Below, piece after piece: positions 1 through 10,883 of a stretch of 64,000 nucleotides of DNA (the stretch's first letter is position 1; each line of letters begins with the position of its first letter). The notes under the pieces are model-generated. The model had not been told where the DNA came from. It saw only the letters and a list, made by a program, of their open reading frames with translations, and did not search any database. The position numbers and the translations under genes were made by a program. This DNA comes from Tagaea sp. (GTDB taxonomy: Bacteria > Pseudomonadota > Alphaproteobacteria > CACIAM-22H2). The DNA is taken from contig JBGAKN010000003.1 in assembly GCA_044224405.1 (NCBI GenBank), forward strand, positions 213,658 through 277,657. The letters run 5' to 3'.

Positions 1-2
1 CC

Positions 3-602
3 ACGCTTGGTGGCTACTTCGCGCGTGGCGGCGATCCGGTTGTCTATGCGGCCGTCGCCAAGGTGGCGCAGGCGTTGGGCTCGACCGCTACCGTGGAACT
101 TCCCGAGGCCCACCGTGCACGTGCTGCGGCCTTCGTAATCACAAATGTCGAGGGCGCACAGCTTCATCTCGAACGCCTGCGCACGCGCGCGGCCGATTTC
201 GATCCCGCGACCCGCGACAGGCTGATCGCCGGCAACTTGCTGCCAGCGGCATGGTATGCGCAGGCCCAGCGCCTGCGCGGCTGGTTCAAGGGCGAAGTCG
301 CCAAGATGTTCGAGAAGTTCGACGTGCTGCTTGCCCCGTCCACGCCCTGCACCGCGCCGCTGATCGGCCAGCAGACCTTCGTGCTCGACGGCACGGAAGT
401 GCCGCTGCGCCCGAATATCGGCATCTACACGCAGCCGATCTCGTTCGTCGGCCTGCCGGTGGCGGCCGTCCCGGTCCAAGGGCTCGGTCCCCTCCCCGTC
501 GGCGTACAGGTCATCACCGCGCCGTGGCGCGAGGATCTGGCGCTGCGCGTCGCCTTCGAGCTCGAACGCACCGGCATCTGTGCCGCACCCGTCGCAAGGT
601 AG
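3..602 (+). CDS. AtzE-family amidase (amidase signature family), 5'-truncated by window edge
   Basis: Frame open from the window edge (TLGGYF...); C-terminal amidase motifs [28 protein letters not shown]; followed by AtzH-like gene. Confidence 0.8.
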   Translation, partial: TLGGYFARGGDPVVYAAVAKVAQALGSTATVELPEAHRARAAAFVITNVEGAQLHLERLRTRAADFDPATRDRLIAGNLLPAAWYAQAQRLRGWFKGEVAKMFEKFDVLLAPSTPCTAPLIGQQTFVLDGTEVPLRPNIGIYTQPISFVGLPVAAVPVQGLGPLPVGVQVITAPWREDLALRVAFELERTGICAAPVAR

Positions 603-609
603 AAGCACC

Positions 610-992
610 ATGCCGGAGATCAACATCCCCGAGATCCATGCCGAAGTGACCGCCGCGTTCGAGCGCTATGAAGTCGCGCTCACGACGAACGATGTCGTCG
701 TGCTCGATGAACTGTTCAAGGACGCACCCTATACGGTGCGTTACGGCGCCACGGAGATCCTCTATGGCTATGCCGAGATAAAGGCGTTCCGCGCCTCACG
801 GCCGGGCCAAGGCCTTCAGCGTAAGCTCGAACGCACGGTCATCACGACGTTTGGGCGCGACTTTGCCACGGCTTCAACGCTGTTCCGGCGCGTGCCCGGC
901 AAGATCGGGCGCCAGCAACAGACGTGGGTTCGCTTTTCCGAAGGCTGGCGCGTTGTCGCGGCCCAGGTCTCGACGATGGACGAACCGAAAAC

Positions 993-996
<4 letters not shown>
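610..996 (+). CDS. AtzH/HpxZ-like protein (DUF3225, NTF2-like fold)
   Basis: [50 protein letters not shown] match the HpxZ/AtzH pattern; directly after the amidase. Confidence 0.8.
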
Positions 997-3737
<2,741 letters not shown>

Positions 3738-3769
3738 GCGGCTGTCTTAAACGGACGCGGGGCTATTGC

Positions 3770-4420
3770 TCAATAGTCCTGCGACTCACGGGTGATCCGG
3801 CGGATTTCGCGCTGGACCATCCGCTCGACGAGATCGGGCAGGTACTGGTCGAGCCAAGCCTTCAGGATCGGGCGCAGTTCGGCACGCACGAGGTCCTCGA
3901 TCGTCAGGTCCGAGTTGCCGAGCAGCAGGTTGCGCGGAACACGCGCCTGAAGCCCCTGCAACGAATCCGACGCCTGCCGGGCCGTGTCGTCCGACATCAG
4001 GCGGCGTGGCTCCTCGGCCATGATCGGCGGCGGCTTGTCGACCACGTTGGTGAGCTCGAGCACGTCGTCCATCTCCGGCTCCGGCATGCGCGGACGCGGC
4101 GGAGGGGGCGGCGGAGGGGGCGGCGGAGGCGGAGGTGGTGGCGGAGGCGGCGGTGGCGCCTCCATCATCATTGGCTCAGGTTCCGGCTCGGGTTCCGGCT
4201 CCGGCATGGGGGGCGGAGGCGGCGGCGGAGCTGCAGCCGGCGGCGGCGGAGGGGGTGGCGGTGGTGGCGGAGGGGGTGGTGGCGGTGGCGGAGGTGCCGC
4301 CTCGGCGGCAGGAGCCGCCGGCGGCGCCTTACCGGCGTCTCCGTCTTCCGAAATAATGCGACGGATGGAGGCGAGGATCTCCTCCATCGACGGTTCTTGT
4401 TGGTTCTTTGGGTCCGTCAT
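3770..4420 (-). CDS. popZ: polar organizing protein PopZ (DUF2497)
   Basis: N-terminal EPSMEEILASIRRII helix, Pro/Glu-rich disordered middle, C-terminal LRPILKAWLDQYLPDLVERMVQREIRR; conserved position between tolC and valS. Confidence 0.93.
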   Translation of the reverse strand: MTDPKNQQEPSMEEILASIRRIISEDGDAGKAPPAAPAAEAAPPPPPPPPPPPPPPPPPPPAAAPPPPPPPMPEPEPEPEPEPMMMEAPPPPPPPPPPPPPPPPPPPPRPRMPEPEMDDVLELTNVVDKPPPIMAEEPRRLMSDDTARQASDSLQGLQARVPRNLLLGNSDLTIEDLVRAELRPILKAWLDQYLPDLVERMVQREIRRITRESQDY

Positions 4421-4512
4421 CGTCGTGCTTTAACCATTCCAAGTCTTGAGCTTAGGCGACGAATCGCTGCCACGCCAGAGATATATCCACCCGCGGCAGT
4501 CCCCACCCTTCC

Positions 4513-5937
4513 CTACGGCTTTGGTGCCTCGTCAGGTATGTCGGTACCGATCCAACGGTTCCGTGTCGATTCCGAATAGGCCGTCGGGTCGTAGAGATCG
4601 ACCTTGAGGGCCAAGTCGCGCGCCGTAAGACGGCCAGTCGCCGACAGCAGCTGGAACGCCGCCAGGACCTGATCGCGCTGGGACTGGACGAGGCTGACCC
4701 GGCTGTTGAGCAGCTCCTGCTCGGCATTGAGGACGTCGAGGACCGTGCGCGAACCGACGCGCGCTTCCTGCGACACGCCATCGAGCGCGATCTCGTTCGC
4801 ACGGATCTGGGCTTCGAACGACTGGATCTGCGCTCGTGCCGTCGTCAGCTGCTGCCATGCCCGGTTCGCGTCGTCCACGACCTGGCGCTGCGAGACGTCG
4901 ATCTGCGTCCTGCGCTGGCCTTGCGTCTGCTTGGCTTCGCGCACGCGCGCGTCCGTCAGGCCTTGCTGGTAGATCGGCACCGTGACCGCGAGCAGCAGGT
5001 CGACCGTGTCGCGCTGCAGGCCCTTCGAACCGGCGGGATCCATCGAGCGGATCGCATCAGCCTGCAGGTTGACCGTCGGCAGCTTCTCACCTTCGATCAG
5101 CGAAACGTCCTGGCCGGCGGACTCGTGCGCATATCGTGCCTGCGTGACGGTCGGATTGGCCGAAAGCGCGAGATTACGCGCCTCCGCATCCGATCCCGGC
5201 AGGTTCGTCGGCACGGCAGGAACCGCGACGCGCCCGGCCTCGTCGCCGACCACGCGCAGATACGTCGCGCGCGCGCTACGGACATTGCCTTCAGAACCGG
5301 TCCGTGTCGCCTGCGCCTGCGCGAGACGGGCCTCAGCCTGGCTGACGTCGGTCCGCGTGATCTCGCCGACCTGGAAACGGTCGCGCGCCGCATCGAGCTG
5401 GCGCTGGAGAACCTGCACGTTGTTGACGTTGAGATCGAGCACGGCAAGTTCGCGCGCGAGATTGATATAGGCGGTCGCCGCGTCGAGAAGGACGCGCTGC
5501 TCGGTCGCGGACAGCTGGGCACGCGACGCCTGAATGTTGGCTTCCGCGCGCGCGAGTTCGGCCGTCGAACGCCCGCCACGATAAAGCGGCTGGACCATCT
5601 GAAGCTGAGCGAGGCCTTGCTGGCGGACACGCTGGTTCTCGATCGTCTGCCGGTCGCGGCTGCCGTTGGCGCCGTAAACAGTCGAGGTCGTCGAGTTATA
5701 GTCACGCGCCGCGCCCGTATTACCCGTGATCTGCACGGTCGGGCGCCACTGCGACAGCGCACGCGGCACCTGCTCATCGACAGCCCGGAGAGCGGCGCGC
5801 TGGGCGAGCAATTCCGGGTTCGACTTGTAAGTATTCGCAAGTGCCTCTTCGAGCGACTGGGCGCCTGCCGGCGCACCCGCAAATCCGATCGCGAGCGCAA
5901 TTGCCGCCGTCGCCGTGTGTCGCAGCCAACTGTTCAT
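4513..5937 (-). CDS. tolC: TolC-family outer membrane channel
   Basis: Signal peptide then QSLEEALA, RFQVGEITRTDVSQAEARL, VGSRTVLDVLNAEQEL; ATG at 5937 has AGGAG upstream (preferred to the longer ORF-track start). Confidence 0.93.
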   Translation of the reverse strand: MNSWLRHTATAAIALAIGFAGAPAGAQSLEEALANTYKSNPELLAQRAALRAVDEQVPRALSQWRPTVQITGNTGAARDYNSTTSTVYGANGSRDRQTIENQRVRQQGLAQLQMVQPLYRGGRSTAELARAEANIQASRAQLSATEQRVLLDAATAYINLARELAVLDLNVNNVQVLQRQLDAARDRFQVGEITRTDVSQAEARLAQAQATRTGSEGNVRSARATYLRVVGDEAGRVAVPAVPTNLPGSDAEARNLALSANPTVTQARYAHESAGQDVSLIEGEKLPTVNLQADAIRSMDPAGSKGLQRDTVDLLLAVTVPIYQQGLTDARVREAKQTQGQRRTQIDVSQRQVVDDANRAWQQLTTARAQIQSFEAQIRANEIALDGVSQEARVGSRTVLDVLNAEQELLNSRVSLVQSQRDQVLAAFQLLSATGRLTARDLALKVDLYDPTAYSESTRNRWIGTDIPDEAPKP

Positions 5938-6032
5938 TCTAGTCGTGCTCCTGGAATGCCGTGCCGACTCTGCGTTTGCCGCATCGGCCACCGACTCCAT
6001 AGTGATACTTTGCAAGGGTTGCGCCGGTTTCG

Positions 6033-6686
6033 TCAAAACACGAATCCCGGCTCGAGCGCCAAACTTGGCAACAAGGGCGTGCCGGCATCGAACACGATCC
6101 GGCTGCTCAGGGTGTCTGCGAACTTACGCCAGAGCGTCGCGCGTCCGGGCTCGCCGGGTTGCGAGACGACAGCAATCATCCGCCCGCCCTCACCCAGTTG
6201 GCGGGCGTATGCCGCCGGTAGCTGGCCGATCGCGCCTTCGAAAACGATCGCGTCATATGGGCCGGCAGAAGGCCAGCCGCTTTCAAGCGGCCCTTCGACA
6301 ATGATCGCACCGGGAGCAGAAGCGCGGGAAAGGGAAATTTTGGCAGCGGCCGCAAGATGGCTGTCGTTCTCCAGCGCAAGGACGGTTGCACCGAGGGCTG
6401 CCAGAACCGCCGCGCCATAGCCACAGCCGGCGCCGACCAGCAGCACTTTTTCGCCAGGCGCGATCTGGGCGAACTGCACGAGGCGAGCGAAAACCATCGG
6501 CTCCATCAGGAACCTGTCGTTGCCCAGCGGGATGTCCTCGTCGACATATGCGACCGGCCGGAGGGAATCCGGCAGGAACGCCTCTCTCGGCACGCGCGCC
6601 ATCGCTTCGACAAGGCGCTCGTCGATCACCTTGTTGGTGCGCAACTGGCTTTCGACCATGTTGTGGCGGGCTGCGGCGTAATCCAT
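6033..6686 (-). CDS. pcm: protein-L-isoaspartate O-methyltransferase family
   Basis: ARHNMVESQLRT, VPREAF, SAM motif VGAGCGY, GPYDAIV; upstream of tolC as usual in alphaproteobacteria. Confidence 0.88.
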   Translation of the reverse strand: MDYAAARHNMVESQLRTNKVIDERLVEAMARVPREAFLPDSLRPVAYVDEDIPLGNDRFLMEPMVFARLVQFAQIAPGEKVLLVGAGCGYGAAVLAALGATVLALENDSHLAAAAKISLSRASAPGAIIVEGPLESGWPSAGPYDAIVFEGAIGQLPAAYARQLGEGGRMIAVVSQPGEPGRATLWRKFADTLSSRIVFDAGTPLLPSLALEPGFVF

Positions 6687-6762
6687 TGCGACGAAATCTT
6701 CCGGTTAGAACCATGCAGCAGCCCTTGCGGGTCGAATCGACCTGCAAGCCGCCGCAGGTAAC

Positions 6763-6791
6763 TTTATAAGTCTGTCTTGCCTTGATGACAA
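6763..6791 (-). promoter_or_regulatory. sigma70-like promoter for pcm-tolC
   Basis: Minus strand TTGTCA-N17-TATAAA about 80 nt upstream of the pcm ATG. Confidence 0.6.
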
Positions 6792-6867
6792 TCGAGCCGG
6801 GGCTAGATCATTGAATCTGTGGCCTCTCGGCCACGTTTGTGGCAATTCGCGATACTCCAGCGTCCTG

Positions 6868-6896
6868 TTGACCCCTCGGGTCGGGCTGATTATACG
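6868..6896 (+). promoter_or_regulatory. sigma70-like promoter for tRNA-Cys/tRNA-Asn
   Basis: TTGACC-N17-TATACG 16 nt upstream of tRNA-Cys. Confidence 0.6.
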
Positions 6897-6912
6897 TCCT
6901 GCCGTCGCTATA

Positions 6913-6987
6913 GGCCGGGTAGCAAAGTGGTAATGCAGTGGATTGCAAATCCACTATACGGCGGTTCGATTCCGCCCCCGGCCTCCA
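6913..6987 (+). tRNA. tRNA-Cys(GCA)
   Basis: Acceptor GGCCGGG/CCCGGCC, anticodon arm GTGGA-TTGCAAA-TCCAC, GGTTCGATTCC T-arm, encoded CCA. Confidence 0.96.
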
Positions 6988-7049
6988 GCGACAGCCTTTT
7001 TCGACTGGAACACCACGCGGATTTTGTTATAAGCCTGCCTCGTTTTCGT

Positions 7050-7124
7050 TCCCTGGTAGCTCAGCGGTAGAGCAGCCGACTGTTAATCGGCTGGTCGCAA
7101 GTTCGAATCTTGCCCAGGGAGCCA
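7050..7124 (+). tRNA. tRNA-Asn(GTT)
   Basis: TCCCTGG/CCAGGGA acceptor, anticodon loop CTGTTAA, GTTCGAATC, encoded CCA. Confidence 0.96.
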
Positions 7125-7179
7125 ATTTTTCCCCAGTTCGCGCGGGGAATGCCGGATGGCAGCCTGCCGTTGTCCGGCC

Positions 7180-7500
7180 ATGACTCGCCCCATCCTCGCC
7201 ATTCTGGCTGCAGCGGCGCTTCTCGGCGCCTGCACACCGATGCGCTGGGATCATCCAGCGTTCGGGCCTGAGCAGGCGGCGCAGGAAACATCCGACTGTC
7301 GCCAGCAGGCTTGGATCGAATCCCAGCGCAATTCCTTCATGTATGACGGATGGCGTTACCCGCGTTATGCGCGTGGCCCCGACGGGCGAATACGGGCCTA
7401 TCCTGCGCCCTACATGATGAACGACCGCTATTTCGACGAGATGCGCCTTGCCGACTTCTGCATGCGCAACAAGGGATTCAAGCTGGTCCCCGTCACCTAG
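7180..7500 (+). CDS. small putative lipoprotein, unknown function
   Basis: Lipobox LLGAC after a hydrophobic stretch; Cys pair DCRQQA...FCMRNKGF. Confidence 0.7.
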   Translation: MTRPILAILAAAALLGACTPMRWDHPAFGPEQAAQETSDCRQQAWIESQRNSFMYDGWRYPRYARGPDGRIRAYPAPYMMNDRYFDEMRLADFCMRNKGFKLVPVT

Positions 7501-8528
7501 AACTTCATCGAGAACGAGAACGCGCCGAAGCGATCCGGACTGCGTTGGGTTTCGAACTCGCGCGTCCGCATGACGTAGGTGAAAGTGAAGCGGACGGGCG
7601 AATAGACGATGGCGAAGCCCGTCTGGATGTCGGCGACCAGCGGCCGGCGATCGACCGAATAGCTGTTCGCGAACGTGTTGCCGTCGAGCGTGATGTCGCG
7701 CGCGACGGCACGCCCTTCTGTCCCGATAAAGGCATACGCCGCGAACGGATCGGTTTCGACGGTATCGAAATGCATCGAGCCCGCGAGCCCCGGTCGGATG
7801 CGCGGCGGCCCGTAGTCGACGCCGAGATTGTGGCCGATACGAAGCGTCATCCCGGCGCCCGCATAGGTGAACACGTTGCCGAGCGAGCCGCCGACATGGG
7901 GCGAGAAATCGCCCTCGACCCCGGGCAGGATCTGGGACCGGGCGACGTTGCGCCATTTGCGCTCGTAGAACAGCGCGACGCCCGGCTCGTTCCGAAGCTG
8001 GTTGTTCCAGCCCTGCGGCAACGGCGAATTGATCAGGCGGTGATACTCGCGCTGGGTTTCCTCGGCATAGCTCTGCGGGCCAACGATCCCGAGATTGACT
8101 TCGAGCGTATCGAGCTGCGCGCTGTCGCCGCTGGCACGGCTCGACGTGATCGCCGCCCCCAGATACGTCCATCCGGAATACGGCCGGTCGCCGACGATGT
8201 GATCGCGCCGACGGATGTCCTCGGGCGTGTACATGTTCTGCCCGAACGCGTAGCCGACGCGCGTCGTTCCGCCCTCGGGAAACATCGGCACCCAGCTCGC
8301 GAGCTTCAGGCCCCATTCCGGCGTGGCGCGCGGCTCGGAAATCCAGTTGAACCGGATGCCGTTGGTGAAATTGCGATCCGTCTGCTTGGCCGGATCGATC
8401 GCGTTGAACTTGTCGTTCTCGACGATGATCGACAGCGTGCCGCGCGGTTCGCCCGCACCGTCCTGTGCCAGTGCGAATGTCGGGGCAAGTGCCAATATGG
8501 CTGCAATGCAGAGTGCATCCTTACGCAT
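7497..8528 (-). CDS. lpxR: lipid A deacylase LpxR family outer-membrane protein
   Basis: ENDKF, DRNFTNG, GQNMYTPEDI, DRPYSGW, DITLDGN, C-terminal FSMKF beta-signal. Confidence 0.88.
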   Translation of the reverse strand: MRKDALCIAAILALAPTFALAQDGAGEPRGTLSIIVENDKFNAIDPAKQTDRNFTNGIRFNWISEPRATPEWGLKLASWVPMFPEGGTTRVGYAFGQNMYTPEDIRRRDHIVGDRPYSGWTYLGAAITSSRASGDSAQLDTLEVNLGIVGPQSYAEETQREYHRLINSPLPQGWNNQLRNEPGVALFYERKWRNVARSQILPGVEGDFSPHVGGSLGNVFTYAGAGMTLRIGHNLGVDYGPPRIRPGLAGSMHFDTVETDPFAAYAFIGTEGRAVARDITLDGNTFANSYSVDRRPLVADIQTGFAIVYSPVRFTFTYVMRTREFETQRSPDRFGAFSFSMKF

Positions 8529-8581
8529 TCCATTCCCTTACCCGAATTCCGCATCCGGCACTACAATGCGTCCCGATGCGC

Positions 8582-8914
8582 ATGCTGAACACAACCAAGC
8601 TGATGCCTGTTGCCTATGTCCTTTTTGCGGCCGCTTGCGGCCCTGTCCCCGACGCCGGCCGCCTGCAGCACCCGACGATGTCGCCCATTGATCAGGCGAA
8701 CGCGCGCGGCGACTGCGGGCGTGTGGCGCAGGCGGCGCTTGGGCCGGCTCCACCGGCGGCGCTCCCGACCGCCTGCCGCGAAGACGGCGACCTGGCGGCC
8801 CGCGACCGTTGCCAGGCGCAGGCCGATCTCGCCATGATCGCCCAAACGCGCTACATCGAGCGCCTCGATCGCGAAGCTGCCGCATGCCTGCGGGCACGCG
8901 GTTTTCGCGACTGA
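8582..8914 (+). CDS. small putative lipoprotein, unknown function
   Basis: Lipobox-like FAAAC; DCGRVA...ACLRARGF parallels the 7180-7500 protein; start uncertain. Confidence 0.55.
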   Translation: MLNTTKLMPVAYVLFAAACGPVPDAGRLQHPTMSPIDQANARGDCGRVAQAALGPAPPAALPTACREDGDLAARDRCQAQADLAMIAQTRYIERLDREAAACLRARGFRD

Positions 8915-8954
8915 CCCCTTCCCTCTCCGGCTTTTGCGGCTATTCTGCGCGACC

Positions 8955-10496
8955 ATGAATCGAGATTCTCCTTACGATCTGCTCATCATCGGCGGCGGCG
9001 TGAACGGTTGCGGCATCGCGCGCGATGCCGCCGGGCGCGGCCTTTCCGTCCTCCTCGTCGAACAGAACGATCTTGCCTCGGCCACGTCGTCGGCATCGAC
9101 CAAACTGATCCATGGCGGCCTTCGCTATCTCGAACACTACGAATTCCGTCTCGTGCGCGAAGCGCTTTCCGAGCGCGATGTGCTGCTTGACGGCGCGCCG
9201 CACATCATGTGGCCGATGCGTTTCGTTCTGCCGCACGATTCCAGCCAGCGCCCGGCCTGGATGATCCGCATCGGCCTGTTCCTCTACGACCATCTGGGTT
9301 GGATTCCGGGACGAAAGTCGCGCCTGCCCGGCTCGCACAAGGTTGCCCTTTCCGGCAGCCCGTACGGTCGCGGCCTGCGCGACGACGTGCGGACCGGCTT
9401 CGTCTATTCCGACGGCTGGGTCGACGACGCGCGGCTGGTGGCGCTTGCCGCACGCCATGCGGCCGATCTGGGGGCGGATATCCGCGTGCGGACGCAGGCG
9501 ACCGAAGCGCGCCGCGAGAACGGGCTCTGGCATGCCACGCTGTCGGACCGCATCACCGGCCTGAAGACCGAAGTGCGCGCACGCGCGATCGTCAACGCGG
9601 CCGGTCCCTGGGTGATGCAGACGCTCTCGGGCGTGCTTGGTTCGAATGCGCCCGCGTCGATCAAGCTCGTCAAGGGCAGCCATATCGTCGTGCCGCGCCA
9701 GTACGAAGGCGACCATGCGTTCATTCTGCAGAACGACGACCGGCGCATCGTCTTCGTGATCCCCTATCAAGACCAGTTCACGCTGATCGGGACCACGGAG
9801 ATGGCCCACGAAGGCGATCCGTCGCGTGCCGCTATCACGCCGGCCGAGACCGAGTATCTGTGCAAGGCCGCGAACCGCTTCCTTGCAAAACCCATTTCGC
9901 CGGCCGACGCGGTGTGGAGCTATTCGGGCGTGCGCCCGCTCTATGACGACGGCGCCAGCAGCGCGACCGAGACGACACGTGACTACGTGCTGACTCTCGA
10001 CGGCGGAAACGGGACCGCGCCGGCCCTTTCGATCTTCGGCGGCAAGATCACGACCTTCCGCCGGCTCGCTGAGCACGCGCTGGAAAAGCTGATGCCGTTC
10101 TTCCCCGGCATGAAGCCGGCATGGACTGCCGGTGCGCGGCTGCCGGGCGGCGAACTCGACGGGATCGACGGCGATTTCGAGCGCTTCGTCGCGGCGCTTG
10201 TCGCGCGCTTCGCTTTCGTGCCGCCGGTGCATCTGCGCGCGATGGCGCGCCGGCAAGGAAGCCGGGTGTTCAAGTTCCTCGACGGCGTGACGAAGCTCGC
10301 CGATCTTGGCGTGCATTTCGGTGCCGGGCTTTACGCTGCCGAAGTCGACCTGATGGTCGGCGAGGAATGGGCCCGCACGTCCAGCGACATCCTGTTCCGC
10401 CGTTCGAAGCTCGGGCTTCATATCGGCCTTGCCGATCAGGCCGTGCTTGGCAGCTATCTGGCCGAGAAGCACGGATTGGGTCGGGTTCCGGCCTGA
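8955..10496 (+). CDS. glpD: FAD-dependent glycerol-3-phosphate dehydrogenase
   Basis: IIGGGVNGCGIARDAAGRG, TSSASTKLIHGGLRYLE, SGVRPL, FGGKITTFR. Confidence 0.95.
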   Translation: MNRDSPYDLLIIGGGVNGCGIARDAAGRGLSVLLVEQNDLASATSSASTKLIHGGLRYLEHYEFRLVREALSERDVLLDGAPHIMWPMRFVLPHDSSQRPAWMIRIGLFLYDHLGWIPGRKSRLPGSHKVALSGSPYGRGLRDDVRTGFVYSDGWVDDARLVALAARHAADLGADIRVRTQATEARRENGLWHATLSDRITGLKTEVRARAIVNAAGPWVMQTLSGVLGSNAPASIKLVKGSHIVVPRQYEGDHAFILQNDDRRIVFVIPYQDQFTLIGTTEMAHEGDPSRAAITPAETEYLCKAANRFLAKPISPADAVWSYSGVRPLYDDGASSATETTRDYVLTLDGGNGTAPALSIFGGKITTFRRLAEHALEKLMPFFPGMKPAWTAGARLPGGELDGIDGDFERFVAALVARFAFVPPVHLRAMARRQGSRVFKFLDGVTKLADLGVHFGAGLYAAEVDLMVGEEWARTSSDILFRRSKLGLHIGLADQAVLGSYLAEKHGLGRVPA

Positions 10497-10514
10497 AGTC
10501 GGGTTTCCGGAATC

Positions 10515-10542
10515 AAAAAGGCCGCGCCTGACTGGCGCGGCC
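10515..10542 (-). terminator. intrinsic terminator of the minus-strand small ORF
   Basis: Minus strand GGCCGCGCC-AGTCA-GGCGCGGCC-TTTTT; the U-tract faces the minus strand, not glpD. Confidence 0.75.
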
Positions 10543-10565
10543 CCGAACGGAATGTTCTGCTTCGC

Positions 10566-10709
10566 TCAGTGCTTGGTGTGCGGCAGAAGTCCGTCTTCAA
10601 CCAGGATCTTCTTGAGGCTCGCGAGAACTTCCGCGATGTCCGGCATGTCGGACTTCGCGGCGCTTCCCTTGCGGCGGCTCTGCTGGATCGAGGCGATCTT
10701 GCGGGGCAT
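10566..10709 (-). CDS. 47-aa small protein carrying a PopZ N-terminal-helix-like motif (not in ORF track)
   Basis: Manual translation MPRKIASIQQSRRKGSAAKSDMPDIAEVLASLKKILVEDGLLPHTKH*; GC-rich third positions, own terminator 23 nt downstream. Confidence 0.7.
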   Translation of the reverse strand: MPRKIASIQQSRRKGSAAKSDMPDIAEVLASLKKILVEDGLLPHTKH

Positions 10710-10812
10710 GTCTTTCACCGTTTCCGGAGGTTTCGTTGATGATCCGGTACATCAATATTGCATTCGGCTTTGCAAATTGCAAGATCATTTTTTCTAATGA
10801 TGAATTGGTCGC

Positions 10813-10868
10813 TTGACGCTCGTCCTACAGAAATATAGAACAAACCAAGAATTGTACGGATAGGGAAC
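10813..10868 (+). promoter_or_regulatory. SOS promoter with two alphaproteobacterial LexA boxes
   Basis: TTGACG-N17-TAGAAC; GAAC-N7-GAAT (10838-10852) and GTAC-N7-GAAC (10854-10868) resemble the alpha LexA direct repeat GAAC-N7-GAAC; upstream of imuA. Confidence 0.8.
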
Positions 10869-10883
10869 ACGAAGGAGCCGACA

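Noticed and set aside
3984-4433. Poly-Gly ORF on the + strand
   Set aside because: Simply the antisense of the PopZ polyproline codons
10736-10755. TTGAT...ATCAA as an FNR/FixK box
   Set aside because: Spacer is 10 nt, not the required 4
10597-10788. 63-aa minus-strand ORF in the track (MILQFAKP...)
   Set aside because: Different frame with no motif; the 10566-10709 frame has better codon use, a PopZ-like motif and fits the terminator
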